Shown here piece after piece: positions 63,024 to 63,459 of a DNA stretch of 63,459 bases (positions are counted from its first letter, which is position 1; the number at the start of each line of letters is the position of its first letter). The position numbers and the translations under genes were made by a program. The DNA is from Octopus bimaculoides (Eukaryota): NCBI RefSeq assembly GCF_001194135.2, contig NC_068995.1, positions 15,911,125 through 15,974,583 of the forward strand. The letters are read 5' to 3'. Below the pieces are notes generated by a model, which worked only from the letters and a program-made list of their open reading frames with translations, searched no databases and was not told the DNA's origin.

Positions 63024-63459
63024 GTAAAATCAAAACAAAAAATGGAACAAGAATGTAACAGGCGCCTACAAAACATTCGGACAGTTAAATGATACAAAAA
63101 AGGACAGGAAAAAGCAAGGATGGGTCATTCGGACCTTTCAATCATCAGTCGAGAAGCAGATCGTCTTTGCAGTTTCGGCCGGTTAGTCTCGAGACTGCTC
63201 TAATCTGGCCGGCCCCAAGAAAATCTAAGCTAAGAGCACTAGATTCTTTGGAAGAAAGCAAGCGAATGTATACGAAAACCAGGACGGAAAAATCGGAGAA
63301 ATGGTACACAATTTCAAATACAAACAACGGGACATTAACAACAGGTGTCTTTCGATTAAGGACGAATTGAATTAAGCTGGCGGGTGTGAAAGTGAAGCCT
63401 TTAGGCAGGAACATAGAAGATGAAAGTCATAGGAAGAAATACAAGAGATACTACACGGG

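Noticed and set aside
1-63459. CRISPR arrays, rRNA, operons or other prokaryotic systems
   Set aside because: None seen; the sequence is intron-containing eukaryotic DNA and its repeats are microsatellites and transposons.

Overview
AT-rich, microsatellite-dense, gap-ridden eukaryotic scaffold. The repeat landscape resembles a coleoid cephalopod (Octopus-like) genome; this is inference, with no database check. One host gene is supported: a minus-strand inter-alpha-trypsin inhibitor heavy chain (ITIH)-like gene. I reconstructed 11 coding exons by hand (46555 down to 15657; 2368 nt, about 789 codons). All have GT-AG boundaries and matching phases. Domain order: signal peptide, VIT, vWA with intact MIDAS, acidic linker, GDPH autocleavage motif, ITI heavy-chain C-terminal domain. 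The terminal exon is unresolved. The rest is decayed mobile DNA: Dong/R4-type LINEs sitting in (TAA)n runs, two Penelope-like elements, a Helitron helicase fragment, an RTE LINE, three Tc1/mariner relics (one with DD36E spacing), several tRNA-derived SINE families and fold-back/MITE elements. I found no clearly novel multi-gene system. The best leads are the GDPH-bearing invertebrate ITIH, long intronic hairpins (possible ADAR substrates), TAA-targeted R4 insertions and the DD36E transposon. Most long ORFs in the supplied track are microsatellite or N-gap artefacts.
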